64,000 bases of DNA from Myxococcota bacterium (GCA_030065855.1 JASJCT010000015.1:16724-80723), one strand, 5' to 3'; numbered from the stretch's first letter, positions 38,391 to 48,121 are shown. The notes: generated by a model from the letters alone, not told the origin. Made by a program: numbers and translations.

Positions 38391-40862
38391 GTGAGTGTCG
38401 TTGTTATTCTTTCTCTCTCTTTTGCGTCAGGTATCGCGCTGGGCACGATGCTGCCCCTCCCAGGGTGGATTGCAGCGTTGATGCTCGGGCTCTCAGGGAT
38501 CGTCGTTTTATGGAGCATCGTCTCGGGCCGATCAGTGGCGCTGTGGACAATAACAATGACATTTCTCATTGGCTGGTCGAGACCCGAGCCCATTTGCCAT
38601 CGAACTCCTGAGGCATCGGTACACAGACCCTGCGTGCGCCTGGTACAAGGTAGCGTTCAGTCATGGCCCACCCTCTTCAAAGACAGGTCCAGGTTAATGA
38701 TCGACCTTGAGCAACAGACCGATTGTCTGGATGGACCTCGGCTATCGCCGCTTAAACAAACATCTGGGCGCCTCTTGCTGACCATCGCCGCCCCTGGGCA
38801 GATACATATCCATCCGGGTGATCGGATTCGATTTCGCGCCAGGGTCAAAGCACTGCAATTACCCCGGAATCGCGGCCAAACATTAAAGAAAACAACAGGA
38901 GAACTGTTTGTGTCAGTGGTCGGCGATCCAAGCGATATCGCTATCGTTGAGACGGGTATGCCCGGGTTGGGACCCATGTTCAGTGCCCTGAGGCGATCTC
39001 TTTCAGCCTTTTGGATGCAGGCCCTTGCCCCAGACACGGCGTCATTGGCTCGGGCGCTCATTCTCGGCGAATCCCACGTGCTCAGCTATGCCCAAAAAGA
39101 GCGGTTTCGACGCACCGGCACTGCCCACCTGCTTTCGGTTTCCGGGCTTCATTTGGGACTTTCGGTGCTGTTTGCATTTATTTTGCTAATGTTCGCGCTG
39201 AAGCGGATCCCCTACCTTACCAGGCGTTTGGATGTGGGCCGCATTGCAGCTGCCCTCTCCATTCCAGCAGCCATTGGATTCACATACCTGAGTGGGGCCC
39301 GGGTGCCGGTTGTCCGGGCCTGTGTCATGGTAATAAGCGCCCTGTTCGCGCGCGTTTTCGGTCGGGGAAAAGGCGCGATGGAAGCACTGACCCTGGCCGG
39401 TGTATTCCTTTTGCTCATCGAGCCCAGAGCGCTTTCCACGCCTGGATTTCAGCTGTCTTTTGCAGCAGTCCTAGGGTTTTTCGCTGTTTCCTCTCGTCAC
39501 CGAACCAAATGGAAACCGGATCCACTGGACGCAATAGCGCCCCAATCCTTTGGGCAAAAATGGGCACGGCAAGGGTTCGCTGCTGTGTTGCATCTCCTCA
39601 GCGCCACAACAGCTGCAACGGCCGCGACCACCCCCCTGTTGCTCTATCACTTCGGCTATGTATCAGTCGTGGCAGTACCGGTGAATCTCCTCGCAGTGCC
39701 CCTCACAGGTTTTGTGATCCTCCCGGGATTGCTCATGTCGAGTTTTATGTCCGTGATCTGTCCTGCAATTGCCACACCTATCGCGGAGATCACAGGCATT
39801 CTTCTCAATTCACTCGATAGGGCCCTCGGTTATATCTCGACATTGCCGTGCACAATCGACAACCCAGGACCGATACTCTCCCTAGGGCTCCTAGCAGTGT
39901 GCCTGGCTGCCCTGATCTACCTCGGTGGGAAAAAACAAATGGCCGCAGCGGCGATGGCTGTTGGCCTGATGCTCGCTGTTTTGAGCCTGTGGTTAGACAG
40001 CGCCCGGTTTCAAAAGGGCCGCTTAACCATTGATTTTCTCGATGTGGGACAGGGGGACGCTACCCTTATTACCTATCCCAACGGGCAGCACTGGCTCGTG
40101 GATGCGGGTGGGGCATGGCGCGGCCAGTTCGATGCAGGGGAACGCATTGTGGCGCCAGTACTTCGAGGGCTAGATGTGCGCCAGCTCGACGTGGCTGTGG
40201 TGAGCCATCCAGATGTGGATCACGTGGGCGGCATGCCAGCTGTGATCGATGCGTTCCCGGTCACTGAAATTTGGGATAATGGCCAAGGGGAGATAGAAGG
40301 CGCAGATGAACGCTACCATGCGCTCCTCGAAACCGCCCGATCTCGCCGCATACCCATTCGGCAGCCTCCGGATATCTGCGGTACCCGAAAGATCGGGTCC
40401 GTTGCTGTATCTGTGCTTCACCCTTGTCAAGCGGGGAGCAGCTATGATCCTGGCCGCTCACCAAACGATAATTCTCTGGTCCTGTTCATCCAGCACGGAT
40501 CGGTCTCACTATTGCTTCCAGGCGATATCGGGCGAGGGACTGAGCAGTATCTCGTCGAACAGCGCAGTATCCAACCGGTCACCCTATTGAAACTCGCCCA
40601 CCACGGCAGCAGTACTTCCTCGGGCCCAAGCTTTCTCAACGCCGCTAGCCCGCGCATTGCCATTGTGAGCGCGGGCCGGTTTAACCGGCACAGGTTGCCC
40701 CATCCAACCATCGTTCAACAAATGCGCACGCGGGGTATTGGGCTCTATCGCACTGCGCTGCATGGCGGCATCCGAGCGATTTCCAATGGCAGCACAATTC
40801 AGATTGAAACTGCAGCCGATGTAAAACTGCCAGGTATTAATGGTTTTGATCATTCACTTTGA
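38391..40862 (+). CDS. comEC: DNA internalization-related competence protein ComEC/Rec2
   Basis: 823 aa with an OB-like N-terminus and a polytopic Competence domain (AHLLSVSGLHLG). The C-terminal metallo-beta-lactamase domain shows DVGQGDA, VVSHPDVDHVGG and LAHHGS. Confidence 0.85.
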   Translation: MSVVVILSLSFASGIALGTMLPLPGWIAALMLGLSGIVVLWSIVSGRSVALWTITMTFLIGWSRPEPICHRTPEASVHRPCVRLVQGSVQSWPTLFKDRSRLMIDLEQQTDCLDGPRLSPLKQTSGRLLLTIAAPGQIHIHPGDRIRFRARVKALQLPRNRGQTLKKTTGELFVSVVGDPSDIAIVETGMPGLGPMFSALRRSLSAFWMQALAPDTASLARALILGESHVLSYAQKERFRRTGTAHLLSVSGLHLGLSVLFAFILLMFALKRIPYLTRRLDVGRIAAALSIPAAIGFTYLSGARVPVVRACVMVISALFARVFGRGKGAMEALTLAGVFLLLIEPRALSTPGFQLSFAAVLGFFAVSSRHRTKWKPDPLDAIAPQSFGQKWARQGFAAVLHLLSATTAATAATTPLLLYHFGYVSVVAVPVNLLAVPLTGFVILPGLLMSSFMSVICPAIATPIAEITGILLNSLDRALGYISTLPCTIDNPGPILSLGLLAVCLAALIYLGGKKQMAAAAMAVGLMLAVLSLWLDSARFQKGRLTIDFLDVGQGDATLITYPNGQHWLVDAGGAWRGQFDAGERIVAPVLRGLDVRQLDVAVVSHPDVDHVGGMPAVIDAFPVTEIWDNGQGEIEGADERYHALLETARSRRIPIRQPPDICGTRKIGSVAVSVLHPCQAGSSYDPGRSPNDNSLVLFIQHGSVSLLLPGDIGRGTEQYLVEQRSIQPVTLLKLAHHGSSTSSGPSFLNAASPRIAIVSAGRFNRHRLPHPTIVQQMRTRGIGLYRTALHGGIRAISNGSTIQIETAADVKLPGINGFDHSL

Positions 40863-40920
40863 CGCAAATATGGTGTATTTAGCTAACGTTTAACGAACCT
40901 GTGAAACCAAGGAGTTATTC

Positions 40921-41199
40921 ATGGCCGATATTAGCAAAAATCAAACCCACAGCATGGATGTCGAGGTTCTCCGTCCCCGACTTAGAGACCTCGCCGATGA
41001 AATGACCAAGAAATTCGGTATCAAAGCTGAATGGGATGGGGATACCTGTCATCTCTCTGGGAACTTTCTCAAGTCCGGCACCCTCAAGCTGACGCCGAAC
41101 GATGTGTCCGTCGAACTCACCCTGGGCATGATGGCAAAAATGTTGAAGGGGCAAATAGAAAAGGAAATCGAATCTCGCGTCCAAAAGCTATTTGCCTAA
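40921..41199 (+). CDS. small polyhydroxyalkanoic-acid-system-family-like protein
   Basis: 92 aa. The pattern (...KFGIKAEWDGDTCHLSGNFLKSGTLKLTPNDVSVELTLGMMAKMLKGQIEKEI) resembles the PF09650-type family as I recall it. Confidence 0.4.
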   Translation: MADISKNQTHSMDVEVLRPRLRDLADEMTKKFGIKAEWDGDTCHLSGNFLKSGTLKLTPNDVSVELTLGMMAKMLKGQIEKEIESRVQKLFA

Positions 41200-41203
41200 C
41201 ACG

Positions 41204-44200
41204 CTATGCATCATTGCGGGGTAGCTCAGCGCCGCAGCTCGGACAGAAGCTGAAGTCCTCCCCACTGATCGGCGCGCCACAAGCGGTACAACTGTTTCGA
41301 ACCGGTCCGAGCTCGACGATCAGCTCTCCTTCTCTTACCGGCACCATGCGTTTGTCCTCCTTGAAATTGGCTGACTTGAGCACGCGTTTGACCATACCGT
41401 CTGTAGGAGCGAGGATCGCCTTCTCCTGCTTCATGATCGAGATGTTGAAAATCTCGTCGCCCTGCTTGACCATGTCACCGGGCTGGACGTAGACGATCCA
41501 CAGGTCGCCGTTGCTGGGACAGGCCACGTGCAGCGGATTATCCGGTTCAGCCATCTCGATCGCGTCCACCTTCGTCGAGGAGGCCTCGGCGACCTTGACA
41601 TCGTAAGTGAACGACTCGTCGTCCAGCACGTAGCGCACAGTGCTCGCGCCCTGCTCGTCCGGATCGGAAATGTCGAGAATGGTGATCAGGTGGGGCTTGC
41701 CCTGACTGTCGTTGAACTGTAGTTCCTGTTTTGGCTCCAGTCCCTCGAACCAGATATCCAGCGGGATCCGGTTCGGATTGCCGAATTCCTGACGGAATTT
41801 CATCGTCCCCAGGGCGTCGGTGGGATGGTTGAGGTACATCACCAGCTCCTCTTCCAATGGTTCGCGCCCCAGTTGGGTGCGCAGCTCATCGCGCTCCTGG
41901 GCAATATCGATGTCAGTGAGCTCGATGAGGGGAGAGTCCTCGGCTCGTTGGGCAATCGCCTGCCGGTATTCGGGACCAAACGCACTCTCGTAAACCCAAT
42001 CCGGCGGAAACCCCAGGGGCAATCGGCCAAAGCGTCCGAGTAACAAATCCCTGAACGAGTCATTGCTCTCTCGGTACAGTGTCAGTCGTTCCTTTTTCAG
42101 CTTGTCACTCAATTCATCTTCAGGTGTGTCAACAACGGCTTCGAGAATATCGAGGAAATGCCTGACCTGCCGCTCGCCCCCTTGTTTGAAAGCGCTGGTC
42201 ACCCCTAAGAACGCCGTGTTCCAGGTGATCTGAGAGCCAGGGGTCACGTCGTGGTAGCGCACGATTTGGCGGGTGCCAGTCAAAAATCGAAGCATGTCGG
42301 GCAACAGCTGGATGTAGCCCTGTTTCATCGCACCTTCCTGGCACGATGAGGTGGCGCCACCGGGCATCCCGTGCTTGACCACGCAGTAATCGGTTCCCTG
42401 AAAATAGGGTGCTGTGTAGCGATCGTAGTACGGCATGATCTGTTTGAGGATGAAATTACACTGTTCCACCATTTCTTTGTCGATTGCGGTCTCGAGCCCC
42501 AGTGTGTCCTCGATATAGGCGGCCGTCGCTAGCACATCGCCCTGTCCGTACCAGCGCACCGCAGCCCCCATGGCGACATCGACGATGTGTGCCCCGGCCT
42601 TGGCCGCGGCGCCGACAGAGGGGATAAACAACCCATCGGTGTAGTGGCGGTGGTAGTGGATGATCAGCCGGGGATACTTTTTGCGGATCGCTCGAATCAG
42701 CTCGGCGATGAACTGGGGCGGACAGACGCCGGCCATATCCTTGAGGCCCAAAATGAATATCTCAGTGGCTTTCTTCCGGCTTAATCCACTGACATCGACG
42801 ACTAACTTGACGATCTCCTCGAGCACGGAGAGGTAGTGCGGCACATCAAATCCCTTGGCCCAGGAGAGGGATATGGCCGGCTCAAATACATTTTTGTCCG
42901 AGCTGAGCACGACTTCGGCCAGGGGTCGCATGTTTTCAATGTGGTTTAAAAAATCAAAGCAGCGGATCACATCGTAGTGTTTGCAAATCATCTCCCCGGT
43001 CAGCGCCATCAGATTTCTGGGCTGGGGTTTGTAGCCGAGTAGGTTGGTCGAGCGCACGAGAATCTGTTTTGGCGTCTGCGGTGCAAACCGGTTCCACTGG
43101 GCAGCCTCATTGAACGGGTAGGTCTTATTGGCCAGCATGGCCACGTGGAAGTGGGCGCCGCCGCCGTTCTCGATTGAGAAGAGCCCGCAGTGGTCCAGAT
43201 AGGGACCGATCACCGTGTCCTCGGCCAGGCGAAAGCGGTTACCGCTGTTGGACTGGGTCACATCCCGGGTGGTCGTATCAGTGAAATGGACCTTTCCTGA
43301 ATCGCGCACCCGGTCCAGCAGGGCGGTGCGGTCCTTTCTGGGCAGCGCGAGCGTGGCATTGTTTGGTTTCAACGCTGGAACGACCGGCTCGAGCCGGCCG
43401 AGCCGATGGTCGCCGCGGCCGCGGTACTGGCCCAGCGCCACAAAGGGGTTGTAACCCTTGGCTGAAATCACCGCCACCAGCCGGCTGAGGCGCAGCGCCT
43501 CGGGTTCGTGGTCCTTGTAAAGGACGAACTGCGGGTTGTGTTGAATGAACCGGGTGTCGAACTCGCCGCTGCGAAAAGCCGGGCTTTTGAAAATTTGGCG
43601 GTGGAAGGGGATGGTCGTCTTGATGCCACCGACGAGGTACTCGGTGAGTGCCCGGGCCAGGATGCCCATCACTTTGGGCCAGGATCGGCCGTAGGCGATC
43701 AACAGTGCTGCGGCAGAGTCGTATTGCGCTGGAAATTGGTAGCCGGACGAAATGCAGGAGTCCAGCCGGATGCCAGGGCCTCCCGGCGAGATGTAGCGCG
43801 AGATGCGGCCGCTGTTGGGCGAAAAATCGACTTGTGGATCTTCGCAGTTGATCCGTGTTTGCATGGCGTAGTGCAGGGGGGTCAGGGATTCCTCGTTGAA
43901 CCGCAACCGGGCGCCAAAGGCGATAGCGATTTGCTCTTCGACCAGATCGATGCCATAGCGACATTCGGTAATGCCGTGTTCCACCTGCAATCGCGTGTTG
44001 ACCTCAATAAGGTAGGGATTGGCGTCGGCATCGATCAGAAACTCAACTGTGGCCAGGGACACGTAGCCCACGTGCCGGATCAACTCTCTCGCGTACTGCT
44101 TCAGCTTTGACCGCAGCGTGGACGTCATGCCTAGCCAGGGAGAGGGGGTGATTTCGATCAATTTCTGGTGGTTGCGCTGAATCGAGCAATCGCGCTCATC

Positions 44201-44905
44201 AAAGGCAAACACGTTGCCGTAATGGTCCGCCACCACCTGAATCTCGATGTGTCTCACCGAGGTGAGCAGTTTTTCCACGAACAATCGCGGATTGCCAAAT
44301 GAGGACTGGGCCAGGGCCGAAGCCTTTTCAAATGCGTCGTCGAGCTCCTCTTCGCGGTAAATTTCGTAGATGCCCCTGCCGCCACCGCCTCCTTCTGCTT
44401 TAAGCATAATCGGAAAGCCGATCTGTCTGGCGATTGCTTTGGCCTCGGCAATATCCACGGCACCTTCTGAGCCCGGGACCGTCGGGATATCCAGCTCCCG
44501 GGCAACGCGACGCACTTGGACCTTGTTGCCCAGCAGTCGCATGGTCCTGGCGTCGGGACCGATGAACACAATTCCCGCCTGCTGGCATTTTTCAGGAAAG
44601 GTCGCGTCTTCTGACGCAAAGCCCCAGGCCGGGTGGATCGCGGCGATGTTGCGGGTCTTGGCCAGGTGGATGATGCGATCCACGTCGAGATAGGCACGGG
44701 GGTTGTCCCCGATCAGGATCAACTCCTGCGCGCCTGAGATAAAAGGCGCTGTTTTGTCGATGTCCGTGGCGGTTACCACCGAGACCGCCTCGGGGAACTC
44801 GCGGATCGAGCGCACGATGCGCCGAGCTGGAATGCCGCGGTTGGCCACCAGTATTCTCTTGCCGCGTATTTCCTCTACAACCTCAAGAAACGATTTTTTC
44901 TTCAT
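41204..44905 (-). CDS. pyc: single-chain pyruvate-carboxylase-type biotin enzyme (BC-CT-BCCP) with extra C-terminal zinc ribbon
   Basis: Biotin carboxylase domain (ILVANRGIPARRI, GGGGRGI, EVNTRLQVEH). Carboxyltransferase domain (FTDTTTRDVTQS, LGLKDMAGV, IIHYHRHYTDG). Biotinyl domain has MK in NISIMKQEKAI. The last ~30 aa are CTACGAPISGEDFSFCPSCG. Confidence 0.8.
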   Translation of the reverse strand: MKKKSFLEVVEEIRGKRILVANRGIPARRIVRSIREFPEAVSVVTATDIDKTAPFISGAQELILIGDNPRAYLDVDRIIHLAKTRNIAAIHPAWGFASEDATFPEKCQQAGIVFIGPDARTMRLLGNKVQVRRVARELDIPTVPGSEGAVDIAEAKAIARQIGFPIMLKAEGGGGGRGIYEIYREEELDDAFEKASALAQSSFGNPRLFVEKLLTSVRHIEIQVVADHYGNVFAFDERDCSIQRNHQKLIEITPSPWLGMTSTLRSKLKQYARELIRHVGYVSLATVEFLIDADANPYLIEVNTRLQVEHGITECRYGIDLVEEQIAIAFGARLRFNEESLTPLHYAMQTRINCEDPQVDFSPNSGRISRYISPGGPGIRLDSCISSGYQFPAQYDSAAALLIAYGRSWPKVMGILARALTEYLVGGIKTTIPFHRQIFKSPAFRSGEFDTRFIQHNPQFVLYKDHEPEALRLSRLVAVISAKGYNPFVALGQYRGRGDHRLGRLEPVVPALKPNNATLALPRKDRTALLDRVRDSGKVHFTDTTTRDVTQSNSGNRFRLAEDTVIGPYLDHCGLFSIENGGGAHFHVAMLANKTYPFNEAAQWNRFAPQTPKQILVRSTNLLGYKPQPRNLMALTGEMICKHYDVIRCFDFLNHIENMRPLAEVVLSSDKNVFEPAISLSWAKGFDVPHYLSVLEEIVKLVVDVSGLSRKKATEIFILGLKDMAGVCPPQFIAELIRAIRKKYPRLIIHYHRHYTDGLFIPSVGAAAKAGAHIVDVAMGAAVRWYGQGDVLATAAYIEDTLGLETAIDKEMVEQCNFILKQIMPYYDRYTAPYFQGTDYCVVKHGMPGGATSSCQEGAMKQGYIQLLPDMLRFLTGTRQIVRYHDVTPGSQITWNTAFLGVTSAFKQGGERQVRHFLDILEAVVDTPEDELSDKLKKERLTLYRESNDSFRDLLLGRFGRLPLGFPPDWVYESAFGPEYRQAIAQRAEDSPLIELTDIDIAQERDELRTQLGREPLEEELVMYLNHPTDALGTMKFRQEFGNPNRIPLDIWFEGLEPKQELQFNDSQGKPHLITILDISDPDEQGASTVRYVLDDESFTYDVKVAEASSTKVDAIEMAEPDNPLHVACPSNGDLWIVYVQPGDMVKQGDEIFNISIMKQEKAILAPTDGMVKRVLKSANFKEDKRMVPVREGELIVELGPVRNSCTACGAPISGEDFSFCPSCGAELPRNDA

Positions 44906-44924
44906 TATTTTTTTTTCTCCAGCT

Positions 44925-45075
44925 AGCGAGACCGCTCGCTCGCCCAGGGGGAAATTAGCAGAAAAACATAGAAATCCATAAACAATTTCAACGAGACCAC
45001 TCGCCCGGGGGGCAAATCAGCAGGAAAACTGGGAATTCATAAACGAATTCAACGAGACCGCCCGTCCAGGGGGAT
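44925..45075. repeat. three tandem ~61-65-nt units; the third is the 3' end of birA
   Basis: Plus-strand units start at about 44925, 44991 and 45052 (A(A/G)CGAGACC...CC(A/G)GGGGG...). The first two also share ...AGCAG(A/G)AAAAC...CATAAAC(A/G)A(A/T)TTCA. They fill the birA-pyc intergenic space. Confidence 0.8.
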
Positions 45076-46002
45076 AATACTTCCCGATCGGATGTGCCGT
45101 TCGCGGCCGTCTGTCAGTACCTTTAACCACCCTTTTTCAGTGAGCCCGACGATGGTTCCTTCAAAAGGTCCGCCCTGATAGTCCAGCACTGTCACCGGCG
45201 TTCCCAGGTAGGCCATCGATGCGGTTAGTCGCTGCACGACGCTTGGGTCGGCATCCTGCTCGAAGAGGTCTACCAGCTGTTTCCCCCCGCGCGATGTCAA
45301 CGCCAGCCACAGTGCCAGGGGAGTATGTTGACCGCCACTGTCGTCGAGGCATCCAGCGGGCATGGCGTGGGGCTCCCGGAGTCTATCCGGCCCAGGGGCA
45401 GTGGCCAGGTTGAGACCAATGCCGGCGATGGTGTGTTCATTCTTTTTCTCGACGAGGATGCCCCCCACTTTTTTGTCGTCGATGAGGAGGTCGTTGGGCC
45501 ATTTCAGCCTGCAGGTCAAACCCAGGTCCGCAAGCGCGGTGGACATGGCGAAGCCCACCAACAGAGATAGCATTTCGTCGAGCGGTGCGGGCGGTGCGGG
45601 CAGGTGCCATGCGCCGTAGATATTGCCCGGTGGAGAGTACCAGTCGCGACCCAGCTGCCCGCGTCCAGCCCGCTGGGAAAGAGTCAGTACCGAGTCCCAG
45701 TGCGAAAGGGTTCTGCTCTGTAGGAAATGCCAGGCTACATCGAGTGAGGACGTGCACGGCCCTGTGATCACACATGCATGGTCATGGGGCTGCGCAGCGG
45801 TCCAGCAACTGTGGCGTTCGTTATCAGTTTGGCAGGTGACAGCCGACCAGGGACCAAACCGGTCGATGTCCACGGCCCAGCACAGCGCAGCGTTGCGAAG
45901 CAGGTCAGGGCGCGTGCCCTCGGCCACGCCGGCGATCCCCGCTTGCCTGATGTGGATGCCCTTCATTGCTCTATCCGTAACCGATAACCGGTAATTGGTC
46001 AT
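45049..46002 (-). CDS. birA: biotin--protein ligase (no obvious N-terminal HTH; start uncertain)
   Basis: Signature QRAGRGQLGRDWYSPPGNIY (GRGRxGRxW-type biotin-binding loop) and KWPNDLLIDDKKVGGILVE. It lies immediately upstream of the biotin enzyme on the same strand. Confidence 0.8.
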   Translation of the reverse strand: MTNYRLSVTDRAMKGIHIRQAGIAGVAEGTRPDLLRNAALCWAVDIDRFGPWSAVTCQTDNERHSCWTAAQPHDHACVITGPCTSSLDVAWHFLQSRTLSHWDSVLTLSQRAGRGQLGRDWYSPPGNIYGAWHLPAPPAPLDEMLSLLVGFAMSTALADLGLTCRLKWPNDLLIDDKKVGGILVEKKNEHTIAGIGLNLATAPGPDRLREPHAMPAGCLDDSGGQHTPLALWLALTSRGGKQLVDLFEQDADPSVVQRLTASMAYLGTPVTVLDYQGGPFEGTIVGLTEKGWLKVLTDGRERHIRSGSIIPLDGRSR

Positions 46003-46126
46003 CCCATATGTGTAGGCAATAGAGTAAACCCCTCGATTTCAAGGACGTTATCGACAATCGACACCCGTCCGGAGGCATTGTTGACGCTGCATGCAAAATG
46101 CACTACATTATCAAAAGAGGTGAACA

Positions 46127-46402
46127 ATGGCTGAAAATGCAACGACAACACTTCAAGCCAGGCTCGATCCTAAGAGCAAGCGCGCGGTTGAAGATGCAGC
46201 AAAACTCCGCCATGTGGGCTTGTCTGACTACATTCGGCTGGTCCTGGTTCCCACTGCAAAGCGGGAAGTGGCGCAAGCCAAACAGCAGGTGCTGCAAATG
46301 ACCGCCGAAGAACAGGAACGATTCTGGCAAGCACTCCAGGCTCCGGCAAAACCAACCAAAGCGCAACGCAGGCTCGGTAACATCATGCGAGGGAAAGCTT
46401 GA
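46127..46402 (+). CDS. DUF1778/TacA-like RHH antitoxin
   Basis: 91 aa. The LQARLDPKSKRAVEDAAKLRHVGLSDYIRLVLVPTAKREV pattern is typical of DUF1778 antitoxins partnered with GNAT toxins. Confidence 0.75.
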   Translation: MAENATTTLQARLDPKSKRAVEDAAKLRHVGLSDYIRLVLVPTAKREVAQAKQQVLQMTAEEQERFWQALQAPAKPTKAQRRLGNIMRGKA

Positions 46403-46920
46403 GATCCGTCAGCTGGCCAGAGGGCTACGCCATTGAACAGCTGGAAAAACATCATCAGCGCAAGTGCTTTAAAAGTGGCGTCGATGCCGTAGACCAGTGG
46501 CTGAAAAAGAGCGCACGACAGGCCCAGGAGAAACGACTCTCCGTTACCCGCGTACTGATTGAAGAACCAGACACAATTGCCGGCTATTATACGCTTGCCA
46601 TGGGGCAGGTGAGCTTTGACGAATTGCCTCTCGAAATCGTTCGCAAGCTTCCAGGCACCTTGCTGCCGATCATCACCCTGGCGTGGCTGGGCATAGATCA
46701 AAGATATCAAGGCAGTGGTCTCGGAGGCAGGATATTAGCGCAAGCGCTTGCCGATTGTCATCGCACCGGTCAGGTGATGCCGTTTGTTGCAGTGCTATTG
46801 GATTGCGCAACCAAGGAGGCAAAGCGCTTTTATCAGCACTATGATTTCGAAGGCTTGCCAGGGCATCCCATGAAGTTGATGCTGCCCTGGAAACTGCTGG
46901 ATGCGATGATGAAACGTTGA
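46399..46920 (+). CDS. GNAT-family acetyltransferase toxin (TacT-like)
   Basis: Its start overlaps the antitoxin stop by 4 nt. GNAT acetyl-CoA motif: YQGSGLGGRILAQAL. Confidence 0.7.
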   Translation: MRSVSWPEGYAIEQLEKHHQRKCFKSGVDAVDQWLKKSARQAQEKRLSVTRVLIEEPDTIAGYYTLAMGQVSFDELPLEIVRKLPGTLLPIITLAWLGIDQRYQGSGLGGRILAQALADCHRTGQVMPFVAVLLDCATKEAKRFYQHYDFEGLPGHPMKLMLPWKLLDAMMKR

Positions 46921-46954
46921 TGAAACGGGCAATCGGCAGTGACACCTGTTGCTA

Positions 46955-48121
46955 TTATTTGAGCGCTTCGACTGAGGATGTGTCGTAATCCCGGTTGTAG
47001 CGAATCCTTTGGTGGGCCTCTTCTGAAAGGGACGTCTGACCGTTGAGGACCAATGACGCGACTTCCTCGCCTACCCCTGGGCCGAGCATGAAGCCCTGAC
47101 CGCACATCCCCACGGCCAGGGTCAACCCCTCGATTTCCAGGACGTTGTCGACAATCGGCACCCCATCCGGGGTCATGGGATAACAGCCGCGCCAGACGCG
47201 CCTCACGAGCAGGTTCTGCATCTTTGGTATCAATGAGATCATCCGCTGGGCCAAGATTGGGAGAAATTCGGATGAGCTCTCGCGATCCTGGCCGATGAAT
47301 AACTCCTTGGGCGTGTAGCAGAAGATGATTTGCCCCTCCGCGTTCTGGCCAAAATAGAAATTCGCGGTCTTTCCCTCTGGGCCAGGGCGCATGTCCACCA
47401 CCAGCGGGTTTAGAAAATGGGCCACTGGCGCGGTAATGCCCCCCTCGTGGGCCTCTGGTACCACTGGTATCTGAATCCCCAGGGCCTCCCCGTCCTCTGC
47501 AGCATCTGAACCAGTGGCGATGACCACGTGGGCTGTCTCGTATCGACCCTGATCCGTGACCACTGCCCGTATCCGGCCACCTTGTTGCTCGTACGCCACC
47601 ACCCTTTCGTTAAAGCGAAACTGAGCGCCACATGCCATGGCCGCCCGCATAAAGGCGGTCGGCACTTTGAGCGGTGACAGCTGGCCGTCATTGGGCGAGA
47701 AGGTACCGCCGCGCAAGCCTTCTCGGGTAATGCCCGGGATGATGTCTGCCATGGTATCTGCGTCCACCCAATCGATGTCGAGCTGGTAGCTCTTTTGTAT
47801 GGGCAGCAGTGCCTTGAGCGTCTTTTCGAACCCGGCGTCATAGACCGGGAAGGCATACCCGCCTGGCTTCCACCCCACATCCACGCCGTGGGTCTCTTTC
47901 CACGAGGACATCTGCTCGAGGCTGCGACTGCAGAGGATGATCTTTGCCGGATCCGAATGGGTCGCTCGAATGCCGCCAATGGCAGCCTTGTTATCCCCCT
48001 GACCCACGGCAGCGCGGCGATCGATGACCAGCACGCGGAGTCCCTGCTGGGCCAGGTTGTAGGCCGCAGGCACACCCACGCTGCCGCCCCCAACGACAAT
48101 GGCGTCAAATGATGTCGTCAT
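46955..48121 (-). CDS. FAD-dependent oxidoreductase, DAO family (beta subunit of opine-oxidase / sarcosine-oxidase / archaeal proline-dehydrogenase type)
   Basis: Start set at MTTSFDAIVVGGGSVGVPAAY (GxGxxG). It overlaps the stop of the upstream alpha-like gene by 17 nt. Confidence 0.75.
   Translation of the reverse strand: MTTSFDAIVVGGGSVGVPAAYNLAQQGLRVLVIDRRAAVGQGDNKAAIGGIRATHSDPAKIILCSRSLEQMSSWKETHGVDVGWKPGGYAFPVYDAGFEKTLKALLPIQKSYQLDIDWVDADTMADIIPGITREGLRGGTFSPNDGQLSPLKVPTAFMRAAMACGAQFRFNERVVAYEQQGGRIRAVVTDQGRYETAHVVIATGSDAAEDGEALGIQIPVVPEAHEGGITAPVAHFLNPLVVDMRPGPEGKTANFYFGQNAEGQIIFCYTPKELFIGQDRESSSEFLPILAQRMISLIPKMQNLLVRRVWRGCYPMTPDGVPIVDNVLEIEGLTLAVGMCGQGFMLGPGVGEEVASLVLNGQTSLSEEAHQRIRYNRDYDTSSVEALK

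Noticed and set aside
38129-38593. 154-aa minus-strand ORF spanning the rpsU-comEC intergenic region.
   Set aside because: It overlaps the hairpin repeats and the start of comEC. Its composition is Pro/Arg/Gly-rich and shadow-like, with no recognisable motif or RBS.
43278-44110. Long alternative-frame and antisense ORFs (228 aa and 200 aa) inside the carboxylase gene. Similar ones (306 aa, 305 aa, 221 aa) lie inside the 48-51.6 kb flavoprotein gene.
   Set aside because: They lie within genes whose annotated frames carry unambiguous enzyme motifs. The alternative frames are Arg/Pro/Gly-rich, as expected for off-frame GC-rich sequence.
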